From positions 1-45,438 of IMG/VR virus record IMGVR_UViG_3300048598_000488: DNA of 45,438 nucleotides; one strand, written 5' to 3'. The stretch comes from a virus (lineage: Duplodnaviria > Caudoviricetes). Shown here in pieces: positions 1 through 8,959 of this stretch. The notes beneath the pieces were generated by a model. It did no database searches and was not told the DNA's origin. It saw nothing but the letters and a program-made list of their open reading frames with translations. The position numbers and the translations under genes were made by a program. The stretch's first letter is position 1. The number at the start of each line of letters is the position of its first letter.

Positions 1-1
1 G

Positions 2-349
2 GTGACTTCTTTATTTGTTTTAGATTTTGTTGCTAATGTTATATGGTGAGTATTTGTTATTATTTTTGTAGGGATGGAAAATGGATTATCAAAATATAAC
101 ATATATGTCCAATTTGTTTTGATAACAGGTAATATAATACTTTCTATATCAAGCATTATAATATTTTGTTTAGGTGTATATATAATGAAATTAAAAAATA
201 TAAAAAGCATGGTCTATAAAACAAAACGGCTCCAAGCACTATATGATATATATACAATTGATGATGCTTGTGATACAATTGGCCTAATGAACAATTTAAA
301 AGAATGTCTAGACAAGGAGGCTGACAAATCATGGACTGGAGGAAGATAA
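2..349 (+). pseudogene. 3' part of a multi-TM membrane protein, possibly AgrC-like sensor region, interrupted by an in-frame TGA at 47-49
   Basis: Frame of ORF 74..349 continues upstream as VTSLFVLDFVANVIW*VFVIIFVG, hydrophobic on both sides of the stop; overlaps the AgrD-like gene; no kinase domain seen. Confidence 0.4.
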
Positions 350-486
350 ATAATAAACATCCATGGCTTAGCTTAATAGGTATCTTTTTATTTGTGCTTG
401 CTACAATAGTTTCTTCTTCAGCATCATTTTGGCTTTTGCATCAGCCTAAAATGCCCAAAATTAAAAAGGCATTGAATCGAAGTTAA
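331..486 (+). CDS. agrD: AgrD-like cyclic lactone autoinducer peptide precursor (51 aa, not in ORF track)
   Basis: SD AAGGAGG 314-320; MDWRKINNKHPWLSLIGIFLFVLATIVSSSASFWLLHQPKMPKIKKALNRS; hydrophobic leader plus S-F-W-L-L-H-Q-P-x-x-P tail typical of clostridial AgrD-type precursors. Confidence 0.85.
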   Translation: MDWRKINNKHPWLSLIGIFLFVLATIVSSSASFWLLHQPKMPKIKKALNRS

Positions 487-511
487 AAAAGAGCCATTAT
501 GGCTCTTTTTT
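485..511. terminator. Bidirectional intrinsic terminator between agrD-like gene and repressor
   Basis: AAAAAAGAGCCA-TTA-TGGCTCTTTTTT perfect inverted repeat with A and T tracts; repressor stop codon lies in the loop. Confidence 0.75.
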
Positions 512-1054
512 ATTACTTTCAGAGTTTATGTAATTATATACGAATTTAATATGTTTATAGTTTTTCGGGTCCATAACCCAAGCTTTAATCTCCGGATCCA
601 TATGGTTTAAAGTTTGAGTTTTCATACTAGCTATTTTTAATGTTGTATCATTATTTTCTTCACAAAACCAATTTTCAGGTATAGAAAATGTCTTAGCAAG
701 AAATTCTACCTCTTTGGGATATGGTTTGTCTTTTCCTGTTTCAAAGTTCTCTAAAATTTCAGGGTCAATGTATACTCCTCCAACCTCTTTTATATAATCG
801 GCAAATTGCTTATGTGTCATATTCTTCCTTAAAAGCTTTAAATTACTGCCAATAAAAACTTTTTCATCAAGAAGTTTAGTTGTTGTTGTCATTAGAACCT
901 CTGCGATTTTTTGAGTTAAAGGTAGTATTGGCGTTTTTTTATCATTTTCTATTTGACTCATATAGGCTGATTTAATACCGCACTTTTCAGCAAGTTCTTT
1001 AGCCGACATATTCAATTCTTTTCTTCTTTTAACTATGTTTTCGCCTAATCCCAT
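497..1054 (-). CDS. CI-like phage repressor with two XRE HTH domains
   Basis: N-term LGENIVKRRKELNMSAKELAEKCGIKSAYMSQIEND; second degenerate HTH IGSNLKLLRKNMTHKQFA...ENFETGK; divergent from cro-like gene; no S24 peptidase domain. Confidence 0.85.
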   Translation of the reverse strand: MGLGENIVKRRKELNMSAKELAEKCGIKSAYMSQIENDKKTPILPLTQKIAEVLMTTTTKLLDEKVFIGSNLKLLRKNMTHKQFADYIKEVGGVYIDPEILENFETGKDKPYPKEVEFLAKTFSIPENWFCEENNDTTLKIASMKTQTLNHMDPEIKAWVMDPKNYKHIKFVYNYINSESNKKEP

Positions 1055-1062
1055 AAATATCC

Positions 1063-1208
1063 TTTTGCTATTAGATAACTTTTTATTTCATTATATTTAT
1101 AATCGTTAGTAAATTCAAGATAAATAAAGAAAAATAAAGATAATTTAACTCAAATTTCGCTAATGGTAAACTTATAAGATTGCAATTTTGCTATTAGTAA
1201 AATATTAT
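1063..1208. promoter_or_regulatory. Lysis/lysogeny switch: three 17-bp operator-like pseudo-palindromes and rightward sigma-A promoter
   Basis: TTTTGCTA-T-TAGATAAC (1063-1079), TTTCGCTA-A-TGGTAAAC (1155-1171), TTTTGCTA-T-TAGTAAAA (1186-1202); the last fills the 17-bp spacer between TTGCAA (1180-1185) and TATTAT (1203-1208). Confidence 0.75.
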
Positions 1209-1227
1209 TTAATTGGGGGTGTTAATA

Positions 1228-1407
1228 ATGCAAATTACAAAATTAAGAGAGCAAAAAAGTCTAAACAAAGGACAATTGGCAGCAAAGGCTCAAATATCAT
1301 TACCATATCTTTCCCAACTTGAAAGTGGTAAAAAAGTAAACCCGTCAAAAAAAACATTGGAGAAACTTGCAAAGGCTCTTGATGCTACTATTGCCGAATT
1401 GTACTAG
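1228..1407 (+). CDS. Cro-like XRE HTH regulator
   Basis: MQITKLREQKSLNKGQLAAKAQISLPYLSQLESGKKVNPS; SD GGGGGT before ATG 1228. Confidence 0.85.
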   Translation: MQITKLREQKSLNKGQLAAKAQISLPYLSQLESGKKVNPSKKTLEKLAKALDATIAELY

Positions 1408-1479
1408 TTTTCATTTTGTTTTATTATATACCATTTATTACAAAGCGTTCAACTCATTTTTTGCATAACCTGAGAGGAG

Positions 1480-1746
1480 GTGAGAACAAGGATGGCAAAA
1501 TCAGTTGACGTTTACATAGGGGAAAAGCTAAAGGAAGTTAGAGAAAAGCTTAATCTTACACAAAATGAGTTAGCAGGTGCTACAGGGTATTCACAACCAG
1601 CGGTTGCAAGATTTGAATTAAATAAAGTGCCTACGCCGCTATGTCTTGTAAAAGTTATTGAAAGAGATCTAAATGAACCGGAATTATTGGAAATTTGGCT
1701 AGATAAAGTTCATGAAATAGCCATGAAGCCACTGGGGGGATGTTGA
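1480..1746 (+). CDS. XRE family HTH regulator
   Basis: IGEKLKEVREKLNLTQNELAGATGYSQPAVARFE motif. Confidence 0.8.
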   Translation: MRTRMAKSVDVYIGEKLKEVREKLNLTQNELAGATGYSQPAVARFELNKVPTPLCLVKVIERDLNEPELLEIWLDKVHEIAMKPLGGC

Positions 1747-1947
1747 GTGACATTATACGAAACAGTTACTTTAGATTTAAGAACAGGCAAAAGAACTTAT
1801 AAAAACCCAGTTGAAGTAACAGAAGACGAATTTGAAAAAATACTTCAGCCACTGGCTGAAATACTGAAGGAGGTTATAGATGAGCGGAATAACAATAAAA
1901 GAACTTCTCCAATTAAATGCACTACAGCAAGCAAGTATGTTGTTTAG
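1747..1947 (+). CDS. Hypothetical phage early protein
   Basis: Abuts upstream ORF, SD GGGGGA. Confidence 0.5.
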   Translation: MTLYETVTLDLRTGKRTYKNPVEVTEDEFEKILQPLAEILKEVIDERNNNKRTSPIKCTTASKYVV

Positions 1948-1992
1948 ATCTGGATTGATGTTAATTGAATCTAACAAGATCATGATAGTTGG

Positions 1993-2078
1993 AATAAAAA
2001 TAAAAGCTCCCATAGAGAGAGCAGATAAAGAAAAAAACTTTGTATAAAAATACTATCACTTTATATCAATCCAGTCAA
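1993..2078 (-). ncRNA. Putative short antisense RNA with own promoter and terminator
   Basis: Minus strand TTGACT (2078-2073), 17 bp, TGn-TAGTAT (2055-2050); ends at hairpin GCTCTC..GGGAGC plus T-tract (2022-1993). Confidence 0.45.
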
Positions 2079-2096
2079 TGGGAGGTCTAATCACTT

Positions 2097-2450
2097 ATGG
2101 AATATCAATTAGCACAGTATATGGTTGGCTGCATTGTTACGGCGAGTGACAAAAATTATGGAAGTTATATAGGAAGGCTTGAATATATTATGGATACTTG
2201 TATGCCTGATGTATACAGAGCAGGGGTAACAATACTCGCTTGCATCAAATATCCAAGTCAGAGAGCAGAGTTACAAGATACTCCAAAACATAGAGAGCCT
2301 TACCCGTACAACTCAGAACAAACATTTTCATTAAGTAACATTGAATACCTTGCAAATACAGGAGATTATAGCGAATACCAATACAACGAATATCTAAGAG
2401 AGTTAATGAGCGGTTTATCAATAATTAACTTGAAAGTACCAACGATTTAG
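2097..2450 (+). CDS. Hypothetical phage protein
   Basis: 117 aa ORF with SD GGGAGG. Confidence 0.6.
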   Translation: MEYQLAQYMVGCIVTASDKNYGSYIGRLEYIMDTCMPDVYRAGVTILACIKYPSQRAELQDTPKHREPYPYNSEQTFSLSNIEYLANTGDYSEYQYNEYLRELMSGLSIINLKVPTI

Positions 2451-2466
2451 GAAGGAGGTCAACCAA

Positions 2467-2727
2467 GTGGATAAGCCAGTAAAGCAAGCGGTTAAAGGAA
2501 CGGTAGAAGTAATACTTGGCAAGAAAATTGAAATAACTGATAGTCAATGGGAAGAGATCAGGCAATCGACAATGAACCATATTTATCATAATAAGCTACA
2601 GTTTTTTAAGGATGTATCAAAGGAGTATTTTTTAGAAACGATGGTTGAAATGGCATTAATGCAATTCAGAAATTCATATAAGTTGCAGTCGGTCATAGGA
2701 TGGTTTGTAGCACAAAAGCTATTTTAA
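2467..2727 (+). CDS. Hypothetical phage protein
   Basis: 86 aa ORF with SD AAGGAGG. Confidence 0.6.
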   Translation: MDKPVKQAVKGTVEVILGKKIEITDSQWEEIRQSTMNHIYHNKLQFFKDVSKEYFLETMVEMALMQFRNSYKLQSVIGWFVAQKLF

Positions 2728-2744
2728 ATACGAAAGGGGTAAAG

Positions 2745-3098
2745 ATGATGAGGCCTATAAATAATTTGAAGTGCATAATTCAAGACCCTGACCATATGAC
2801 ATCAAATAAAGATGAGCAGAGATTTAGTAATTTCATAACAATTGCAATAGATGATCTCCATGAATGTGAAGGAGCTTTAGACATAAGAGTCATTAGTGCC
2901 ACAAGTGCCAAAAATATTAACAGATCCATAATACTTCTTTCTCGCATATTAGAAAACATGATTAACAACGGAAAAGTTTCAATGGAAGAAATGGAACTAA
3001 TGAATGCTGAAAACCTTATTGATGCTAAAAGAATTTTTAATGAGGTAGATAGAAACATAGCAGAAATCAGAAGACCTAAACAAAGTCCGGAATCATAA
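2745..3098 (+). CDS. Hypothetical phage protein
   Basis: Start moved to ATG 2745 after SD AAGGGGT. Confidence 0.55.
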   Translation: MMRPINNLKCIIQDPDHMTSNKDEQRFSNFITIAIDDLHECEGALDIRVISATSAKNINRSIILLSRILENMINNGKVSMEEMELMNAENLIDAKRIFNEVDRNIAEIRRPKQSPES

Positions 3099-3124
3099 AA
3101 TACTCTTGAAAGGAGTGGAATGAA

Positions 3125-5092
3125 TTGAAAATACTAAAAATTATACTTGATAACTTCATGAGACAAGCTCATCTGGAAATTGATGCAAACGGTAACAATG
3201 TTAATGCGTGGGGGAATAATGGTACAGGAAAGACAACAATAGCAGATGCATTTATGTTCCTGTTGTTTGATAGAGATAGTCACAACAGAGCAAAGTTTGA
3301 TATAGGAACATTGGATGAGAACAATAACCCAATTCCTCATTTGGATGCTACTGTAGAGGCAGTTATTGACATTGATGGAAAAGAGCTAACACTTAAGAAA
3401 GTGTATAAGCAAAAGTGGGTTAAACCCAAAGGAAGCCTAATAGAAACATTCACAGGCAATTATACTACTTCTTACTATATAAATAACTGCCCGGTTAAGG
3501 AATCAGATTATAAAGCTAAAATCAAATCAATTGCACCAGAACATGTATTTAAGGCATTAACTGATCCTTCATATTTCACTGAGCAAATGCACTGGAAGGA
3601 GAAACGTGATCTACTTTTAGAAGTCTGCGGAGATATATGCGATGGTGACGTTATTGCAAAAGATCCAAGTTTGGCACATTTCACCACGATATTAAATGGC
3701 AAATCTATAGAGAAGCACTACGCATATGTTTCGGATAAAATCCAAAATCTTAAGAAGAGAATAGAAGACATACCGGCCCGAATATCAGAAAATCAAAAAA
3801 ATATGCCTGATACTAAAGACATTGACTTTGATAAGGTATCTGAGGACATAGCAGAGCTAGAAGCATCAAAAAAAGTTTTGATAACCAAACAGGCAGATCT
3901 TAATACTAATGGGCCTGTAGCTCAGAAGAAAGTAGAAGCTGCCAATCTTAAAAGTGAAATGCTTACAGCTATCAATAACTTTGATGAGCTTAAGCAAAGC
4001 AGACTTGAACCTCTCAGACAGCAGTATAACGACTGCAATAAAATAATTTCCGAAACTACTAAGTCTATAAACGAGCTTAAAAATTCCATAGAAGACAAGA
4101 ATGCAGTTAAGGAACGTGCCTTAAAAGCTGTTGAAATATTAAAAGCTGAATGGGCATCATACAAGGCTATTGAATTTGACGATCTTGTGTGTCCAACCTG
4201 TGGTCGTGAATATGATGAAGGAAAGCTGTCTGAACTTCGAAATGCCTTTGCAGACAGGAAGGAAGCAAAGAGACTTGAAATAAATACTGCTGGCAAGAAG
4301 GCCGCTATGGAGGCCGCTGTAGCTGAAACCGAAATTGCATCACTTACTGCTAAAATCTTAGAGCTCGAAAAGGTACTTAAGGATAATAAGGTACTGCTGG
4401 AGAAAACTGATGCAGAAGGCAAGAAAGTCGGTGCGGAGAAGTATCAGGACAGCGAAGATTATAAGCTTAAGTATGAACAATATCAGGTTGTATTAGATGA
4501 AATTAGGTCGCTCGCCGAAGGCGATGCAGAGAATAGCAAAAACCCTGCAAATGTAATCGAGGATTCTATCAAGGAAATCGACCTGCAGATAAAAAGTTTT
4601 CAAGAAAAGCTTGCCTTGAAGGAAAAGGCTGTTCTTATTCAGTTTCGGATTGATGAACTTAAGAAGGAAGAAAAGGATATATCTAAGGAGTATGAAAAGC
4701 TGCAAGGTGAACTTTATACTATCAATCAATTCATTATCACTAAGGTGAATATGATTGAAGATAAAATCAATTCTTCATTCAAGATTGCAAAGTTTAAGTT
4801 ATTCAAGGATGTTGTAAGCACTTCTGAAGAAAAGGAATGTTGCGAAGTCATGCACAATGGAGTATCAAATAGTATTAATACTGCCACGAAGATAAATATA
4901 GGACTGGATATTATCAATAAGTTATCTGAATTCTATAATTTTTCCGCACCTATTTTTATAGATAATGCCGAAAGTGTGACGGAATTTATTCCTGTCAATG
5001 CACAAGTATTCAAGCTGATTGTAAGCAAGCCGGATGAAACATTGAGGATTGAAGTTGAGGATAGCAGTTCAGCGGAAAGGATGGTCAACTGA
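3125..5092 (+). CDS. SMC/Rad50-like coiled-coil ABC ATPase (phage recombination module)
   Basis: Walker A GNNGTGKTT, long coiled coil with central CPTCG hook, C-term Walker B IFIDNAES; upstream of RecT and MBL nuclease. Confidence 0.88.
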   Translation: MKILKIILDNFMRQAHLEIDANGNNVNAWGNNGTGKTTIADAFMFLLFDRDSHNRAKFDIGTLDENNNPIPHLDATVEAVIDIDGKELTLKKVYKQKWVKPKGSLIETFTGNYTTSYYINNCPVKESDYKAKIKSIAPEHVFKALTDPSYFTEQMHWKEKRDLLLEVCGDICDGDVIAKDPSLAHFTTILNGKSIEKHYAYVSDKIQNLKKRIEDIPARISENQKNMPDTKDIDFDKVSEDIAELEASKKVLITKQADLNTNGPVAQKKVEAANLKSEMLTAINNFDELKQSRLEPLRQQYNDCNKIISETTKSINELKNSIEDKNAVKERALKAVEILKAEWASYKAIEFDDLVCPTCGREYDEGKLSELRNAFADRKEAKRLEINTAGKKAAMEAAVAETEIASLTAKILELEKVLKDNKVLLEKTDAEGKKVGAEKYQDSEDYKLKYEQYQVVLDEIRSLAEGDAENSKNPANVIEDSIKEIDLQIKSFQEKLALKEKAVLIQFRIDELKKEEKDISKEYEKLQGELYTINQFIITKVNMIEDKINSSFKIAKFKLFKDVVSTSEEKECCEVMHNGVSNSINTATKINIGLDIINKLSEFYNFSAPIFIDNAESVTEFIPVNAQVFKLIVSKPDETLRIEVEDSSSAERMVN

Positions 5093-5093
5093 T

Positions 5094-5411
5094 ATGAAGA
5101 TACCTATTCAAGCTACATCCATAGAGGAATTTCAACAATGTCTTAGTGTTATAAGTGTGTTTGACAAAGACTTTCAAAATAAAATTGAGTCAGTTAGCTA
5201 CCTGTATTCTGATATAAACATCGAAATGAAAGTATGCGATACAGCGTCTTTACCAGATTTAGATATATGGAGAATAGAAGCAGGAGAAAATCTGGTTCTT
5301 AGATGCAAAATAAAGTGCGATCAAAATAAAGTATCTGTTCGGATTAAATTTTTTAATAATATTGCTATAGGTTTATTGCCAAATAATAAGGAGGAAAAGG
5401 AAAATGTCTAA
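5094..5411 (+). CDS. Hypothetical phage protein
   Basis: ORF between ATPase and RecT, overlapping the RecT start. Confidence 0.5.
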   Translation: MKIPIQATSIEEFQQCLSVISVFDKDFQNKIESVSYLYSDINIEMKVCDTASLPDLDIWRIEAGENLVLRCKIKCDQNKVSVRIKFFNNIAIGLLPNNKEEKENV

Positions 5412-6600
5412 TGAAACAAAGCAGAAGGAGTTTAACACAAAACTGGCCAATGTAAATTCGGTTTATTTTCCAATGATCGAAAGACAGCTTGAAGGTCACA
5501 ACATCCAGATGGATGATTACGCAAAAAGGTGTGTATTGTCAGCTATAGGGGCAATTAATTCCGTAATGCAATCAAAGGGTATTGACTGGAATGATCCGCA
5601 GCTGGACACTTCCAATATCACCAATACACTTATCGGTGTAGCAACTCTTAAGCTCAATCCTTGTGCTACACCACGCGAAATATATTTTCAAGTAAGGAGT
5701 GTTTCTATAAAAGGAGAATGGAAAAAGCAAATTGAAATGGGTATTGAAGGTGATGGTAACGATTCTCTATTAGCCCGCTATGGTCGTGATGTTAAGAAGG
5801 TTGGCAAGTTCTGGCTTGTAAAAGAAAATGATATTTTTGAATACCCTCAGTTTAATGTATATATTGACGGAAAGCTTCAGGAGTATATACCTCCTAAATG
5901 GATACCAAAAGGCAGTGGTAAAGTGGTAAGGGTGGTTTACCCAATCATGAAAACTGATGGAACTATTGAACATTACATCGCCGAACGTGACGAGGTAGTT
6001 CCTAACCTTATAGCCCATGTAAATAACAATCTTATGAATGAAACATTCGGACTATGTAAAGACAGGAAAAACGCTACTCCTGATGAAAAGAAAAAAATCA
6101 AAGCCAAGAAAAATGAGATATTCAGGAAGATTGACTCTGTGGGTTTGGCTGCTCTTGATGATCTGGAGTTATCAGAATTCATGAGTCCATCGTGGACCGA
6201 CTTCCATAGCAGGGAATCAATGCTTATTCGTAAAATGAGAAATAATGTTGTTAAGAAAATTCCCAAGAATTTTGGTAGTTATCTGGTACAAGAAAAATAC
6301 AATGAGCTTGATGAAAATTATCGGGAAGTCAAAGAGGAAATACAAGAGAATGCCAATAAAGAAGTGATAAACCTAGATGATTATGTAGTTACAGAGCAGG
6401 AAACACCTACAACCCAACCTACTGTTGACCAATTGCAAAAAGAACATTACAAAAACAATCCTGATGATGATGGTAGTCAGGAGCGTGTGATAAGAATCAA
6501 TACACCTGTTCCTAATACTGAACCAACAGAAGAGTCTGAACATGAACACAACGATAGTACGGATACATACGGTTCGGATGATGACGGTTTGGATTTCTAA
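5404..6600 (+). CDS. recT: RecT-family single-strand annealing protein
   Basis: LKLNP..REIYF, GIEGDG, SMLIRKMRNNVVKKIPK motifs, acidic C-tail; ATPase-RecT-MBL synteny. Confidence 0.75.
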   Translation: MSNETKQKEFNTKLANVNSVYFPMIERQLEGHNIQMDDYAKRCVLSAIGAINSVMQSKGIDWNDPQLDTSNITNTLIGVATLKLNPCATPREIYFQVRSVSIKGEWKKQIEMGIEGDGNDSLLARYGRDVKKVGKFWLVKENDIFEYPQFNVYIDGKLQEYIPPKWIPKGSGKVVRVVYPIMKTDGTIEHYIAERDEVVPNLIAHVNNNLMNETFGLCKDRKNATPDEKKKIKAKKNEIFRKIDSVGLAALDDLELSEFMSPSWTDFHSRESMLIRKMRNNVVKKIPKNFGSYLVQEKYNELDENYREVKEEIQENANKEVINLDDYVVTEQETPTTQPTVDQLQKEHYKNNPDDDGSQERVIRINTPVPNTEPTEESEHEHNDSTDTYGSDDDGLDF

Positions 6601-7298
6601 TGGATATTCAAATTTATGCATCCGGCAGCAGTGGAAACTTGTACAAGATATCGGACGGTACAACTTCTCTGCTACTGGAATGTGGCTTAAGTATAAGTCA
6701 AATTAGAAAACATTTATGCTTTAGACTGTCGGAAGTAGATGCATGTTTGGTTACTCATGAGCATGGTGATCATGCCAAGGCAGTCAAGGAAATAATGAAT
6801 GCTGGCATAGACTTATATCTTAGCCAAGGCACAAAAAAAGCATTAGGGATAGATAGTCATAGGGTGATGGTAATAAAACCGAAAGAACCAGTTGAAATAA
6901 ATTCGTTCATAGTATTTCCTTTTGACACTGAACATGATGCAGCTGAACCTTTAGGATTTGTACTTCAAAGCAAAGTTACTGGGGAACGTCTATTGTATGC
7001 CACTGATACTTACTACATAAAGTATCAATTCCCGGGACTGACCCAAATTTTAATAGAGTGCAATTACAGCTTTGATATATTAGCCCAAAATATTCAGGAA
7101 GGCATCATACCGGTACCGCTGAAAAATCGCATATTGCATAGTCACTTTAGTCTTGATAACGTGAAAGGATTTCTTAGGGCGAATGACCTAAGTAAAGTTA
7201 AGGAAATTTACTTGATTCACATATCGAAGGATAACGGTTACCCGGAAAGATTTCAAAAGGAAATACAGGAGTTAACAGGCAAGCAAGTATACATTTGA
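6600..7298 (+). CDS. MBL-fold metallo-hydrolase (probable exonuclease)
   Basis: ASGSSGN, THEHGDH, EHDA, YATDT, IECNY, SHFS, IHIS motifs. Confidence 0.92.
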   Translation: MDIQIYASGSSGNLYKISDGTTSLLLECGLSISQIRKHLCFRLSEVDACLVTHEHGDHAKAVKEIMNAGIDLYLSQGTKKALGIDSHRVMVIKPKEPVEINSFIVFPFDTEHDAAEPLGFVLQSKVTGERLLYATDTYYIKYQFPGLTQILIECNYSFDILAQNIQEGIIPVPLKNRILHSHFSLDNVKGFLRANDLSKVKEIYLIHISKDNGYPERFQKEIQELTGKQVYI

Positions 7299-7317
7299 TA
7301 TAAACTTCCCTCTTTGC

Positions 7318-7341
7318 GGGGGCATTTGCCCCCTACTTTTT
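7318..7341 (+). terminator. Intrinsic terminator
   Basis: GGGGGC-ATTT-GCCCCC followed by TACTTTTT. Confidence 0.6.
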
Positions 7342-7363
7342 AAAACACGGAAGGAGAATTGGC

Positions 7364-7537
7364 ATGATAAGGTATTTTGAGGTTACTGGCATGAATCAAA
7401 CGGTTCAACTAGACTTGATTGATGGCAGCGAAGCAACAACAGCTACGGTTGAAGAGATTAGCAAACATCTTAAGATGGACTTAAGAGAAATTGACAAAAA
7501 AGAGTATACAAAGTTAACGAAGAAATTTACAAAATAA
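7364..7537 (+). CDS. Small hypothetical protein (57 aa, not in ORF track)
   Basis: SD AAGGAG; MIRYFEVTGMNQTVQLDL...LTKKFTK. Confidence 0.55.
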   Translation: MIRYFEVTGMNQTVQLDLIDGSEATTATVEEISKHLKMDLREIDKKEYTKLTKKFTK

Positions 7538-7549
7538 AGGGCTGATAGC

Positions 7550-7684
7550 ATGAAGTGCATTAAATGTAAGCAAGAAGACTCTCGTATAAATGGTGAGAAC
7601 AAAGTGTTTTGCCAAGATTGTTTAGATCAAATATTAAGCCAACCAATTGAGCCATTTAATGCAAATGATCTCAACTGGGACTAA
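7550..7684 (+). CDS. Small CxxC/CxxC zinc-finger protein (44 aa, not in ORF track)
   Basis: MKCIKCKQEDSRINGENKVFCQDCLDQILSQPIEPFNANDLNWD. Confidence 0.5.
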   Translation: MKCIKCKQEDSRINGENKVFCQDCLDQILSQPIEPFNANDLNWD

Positions 7685-8154
7685 TGAAGGGAGGTATTAC
7701 ATTGTTTGAATTTAAATGCTTTCACATAGTTGATTACATTGATGAATGGATACCTAAAAGATACATAGCAGAAACGTCAGGGAAGGCAAAATATCAACAT
7801 GCTCGTTATCTTCATAATGAGTTAAACTATGGTGATGATATATGGGATATGTTAAAGGATATGAAGGTTAAAAAGGTTGGTTGTGCAAGTATCAGTTATT
7901 TCTTCAACGATAATGATACCTGGGAACGCGTGAAAAAGTGGCGTAATTTAGATTTTGCATATTTGGGAATGGAAGTTGATGTATGTGGCAAAAAGGGGAT
8001 CATTGTAGGTGGTAATTCTGGATTGAATCTTCAGGTGGTTTTTGATTTTGATAAAGGCAAACCTTGGATTGATAATTGCCATCCATGGTATGAAACAACT
8101 TATTTTGATCGTGATGAGAATATAGTGGCTGATTATAAACAAAGAAAGGATTAG
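7684..8154 (+). CDS. Hypothetical phage protein
   Basis: 156 aa ORF in operon; start may be the TTG after SD GGGAGG. Confidence 0.6.
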   Translation: MKGGITLFEFKCFHIVDYIDEWIPKRYIAETSGKAKYQHARYLHNELNYGDDIWDMLKDMKVKKVGCASISYFFNDNDTWERVKKWRNLDFAYLGMEVDVCGKKGIIVGGNSGLNLQVVFDFDKGKPWIDNCHPWYETTYFDRDENIVADYKQRKD

Positions 8155-8949
8155 GTGGATGCTATGGGACACGAAACAAATAATGAGAACAATAATGTAA
8201 AGTTGGAGAACGCTATAAACGACGTGATAACTCAAAAATTAAATGAGGGTATCATCGAAAAGCTAGTAGCTGAAAACCTTGAAAAAGGTATTAATAATTC
8301 TTTGAATGATCTCTTAGGGAATTATGGAGATATAACCAAGATAATTAAGGATAAGATCAAAAGTGTAATTTCCAAAAACCTTGAAGCGTATGATTTTTCA
8401 CAGTATATTACAAAGATTGATCATACATTAACAGAGATATTAAAATCCACTGTTTTTGACCATAAAAAGATTCTTGAAAACTTTAAAGAATTGATGGTAA
8501 ATGTTGATCTGCCAAAAATAATTAAATTATCAGATATGTTTGAAAACTATAAAAAATTTGTTGCCGGAAATGTCGATACAGGTGAGTTGGAAGTTGATAC
8601 AGATGATCGTCCAACTTATGAGTCTGTTCAAGTAACAATGAAAGTTGAATATGAGGATGAAAGATCATGGTCAGACTTTAAATATGCAAAAGTTGTATTT
8701 GAATGTGAAAAAGACGAATATATGAATTTGGAAATTCGCCTTACCCATACTTCACGGAATGATGACAAGTGGAGTTTATATTCTTCGGGTATTGACATTG
8801 ATACATCTATCCGCTCATTAAAATATTTAAATAACTTCAAAATATATCTTCTTAATATTAGTCAAAGCACTTCAAAAATTGAAATAGATACTGATTGCGA
8901 AGAGGATTGGGTAACACCTGATGCAGAACCAGAAACTTCATATTCGTGA
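8155..8949 (+). CDS. Hypothetical phage protein
   Basis: 264 aa ORF in operon. Confidence 0.7.
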   Translation: MDAMGHETNNENNNVKLENAINDVITQKLNEGIIEKLVAENLEKGINNSLNDLLGNYGDITKIIKDKIKSVISKNLEAYDFSQYITKIDHTLTEILKSTVFDHKKILENFKELMVNVDLPKIIKLSDMFENYKKFVAGNVDTGELEVDTDDRPTYESVQVTMKVEYEDERSWSDFKYAKVVFECEKDEYMNLEIRLTHTSRNDDKWSLYSSGIDIDTSIRSLKYLNNFKIYLLNISQSTSKIEIDTDCEEDWVTPDAEPETSYS

Positions 8950-8959
8950 GGTAAGGACT

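Noticed and set aside
47-49. Stop-codon recoding (TGA read-through by the UCA tRNA-like RNA)
   Set aside because: Many genes here end normally in TGA, only one interrupted frame was seen, and the RNA lacks U33 and purine 37
3134-4917. Minus-strand ORFs inside the SMC-like ATPase, and similar antisense ORFs throughout the track
   Set aside because: Fully overlap well-supported genes and have no SD or recognisable motifs
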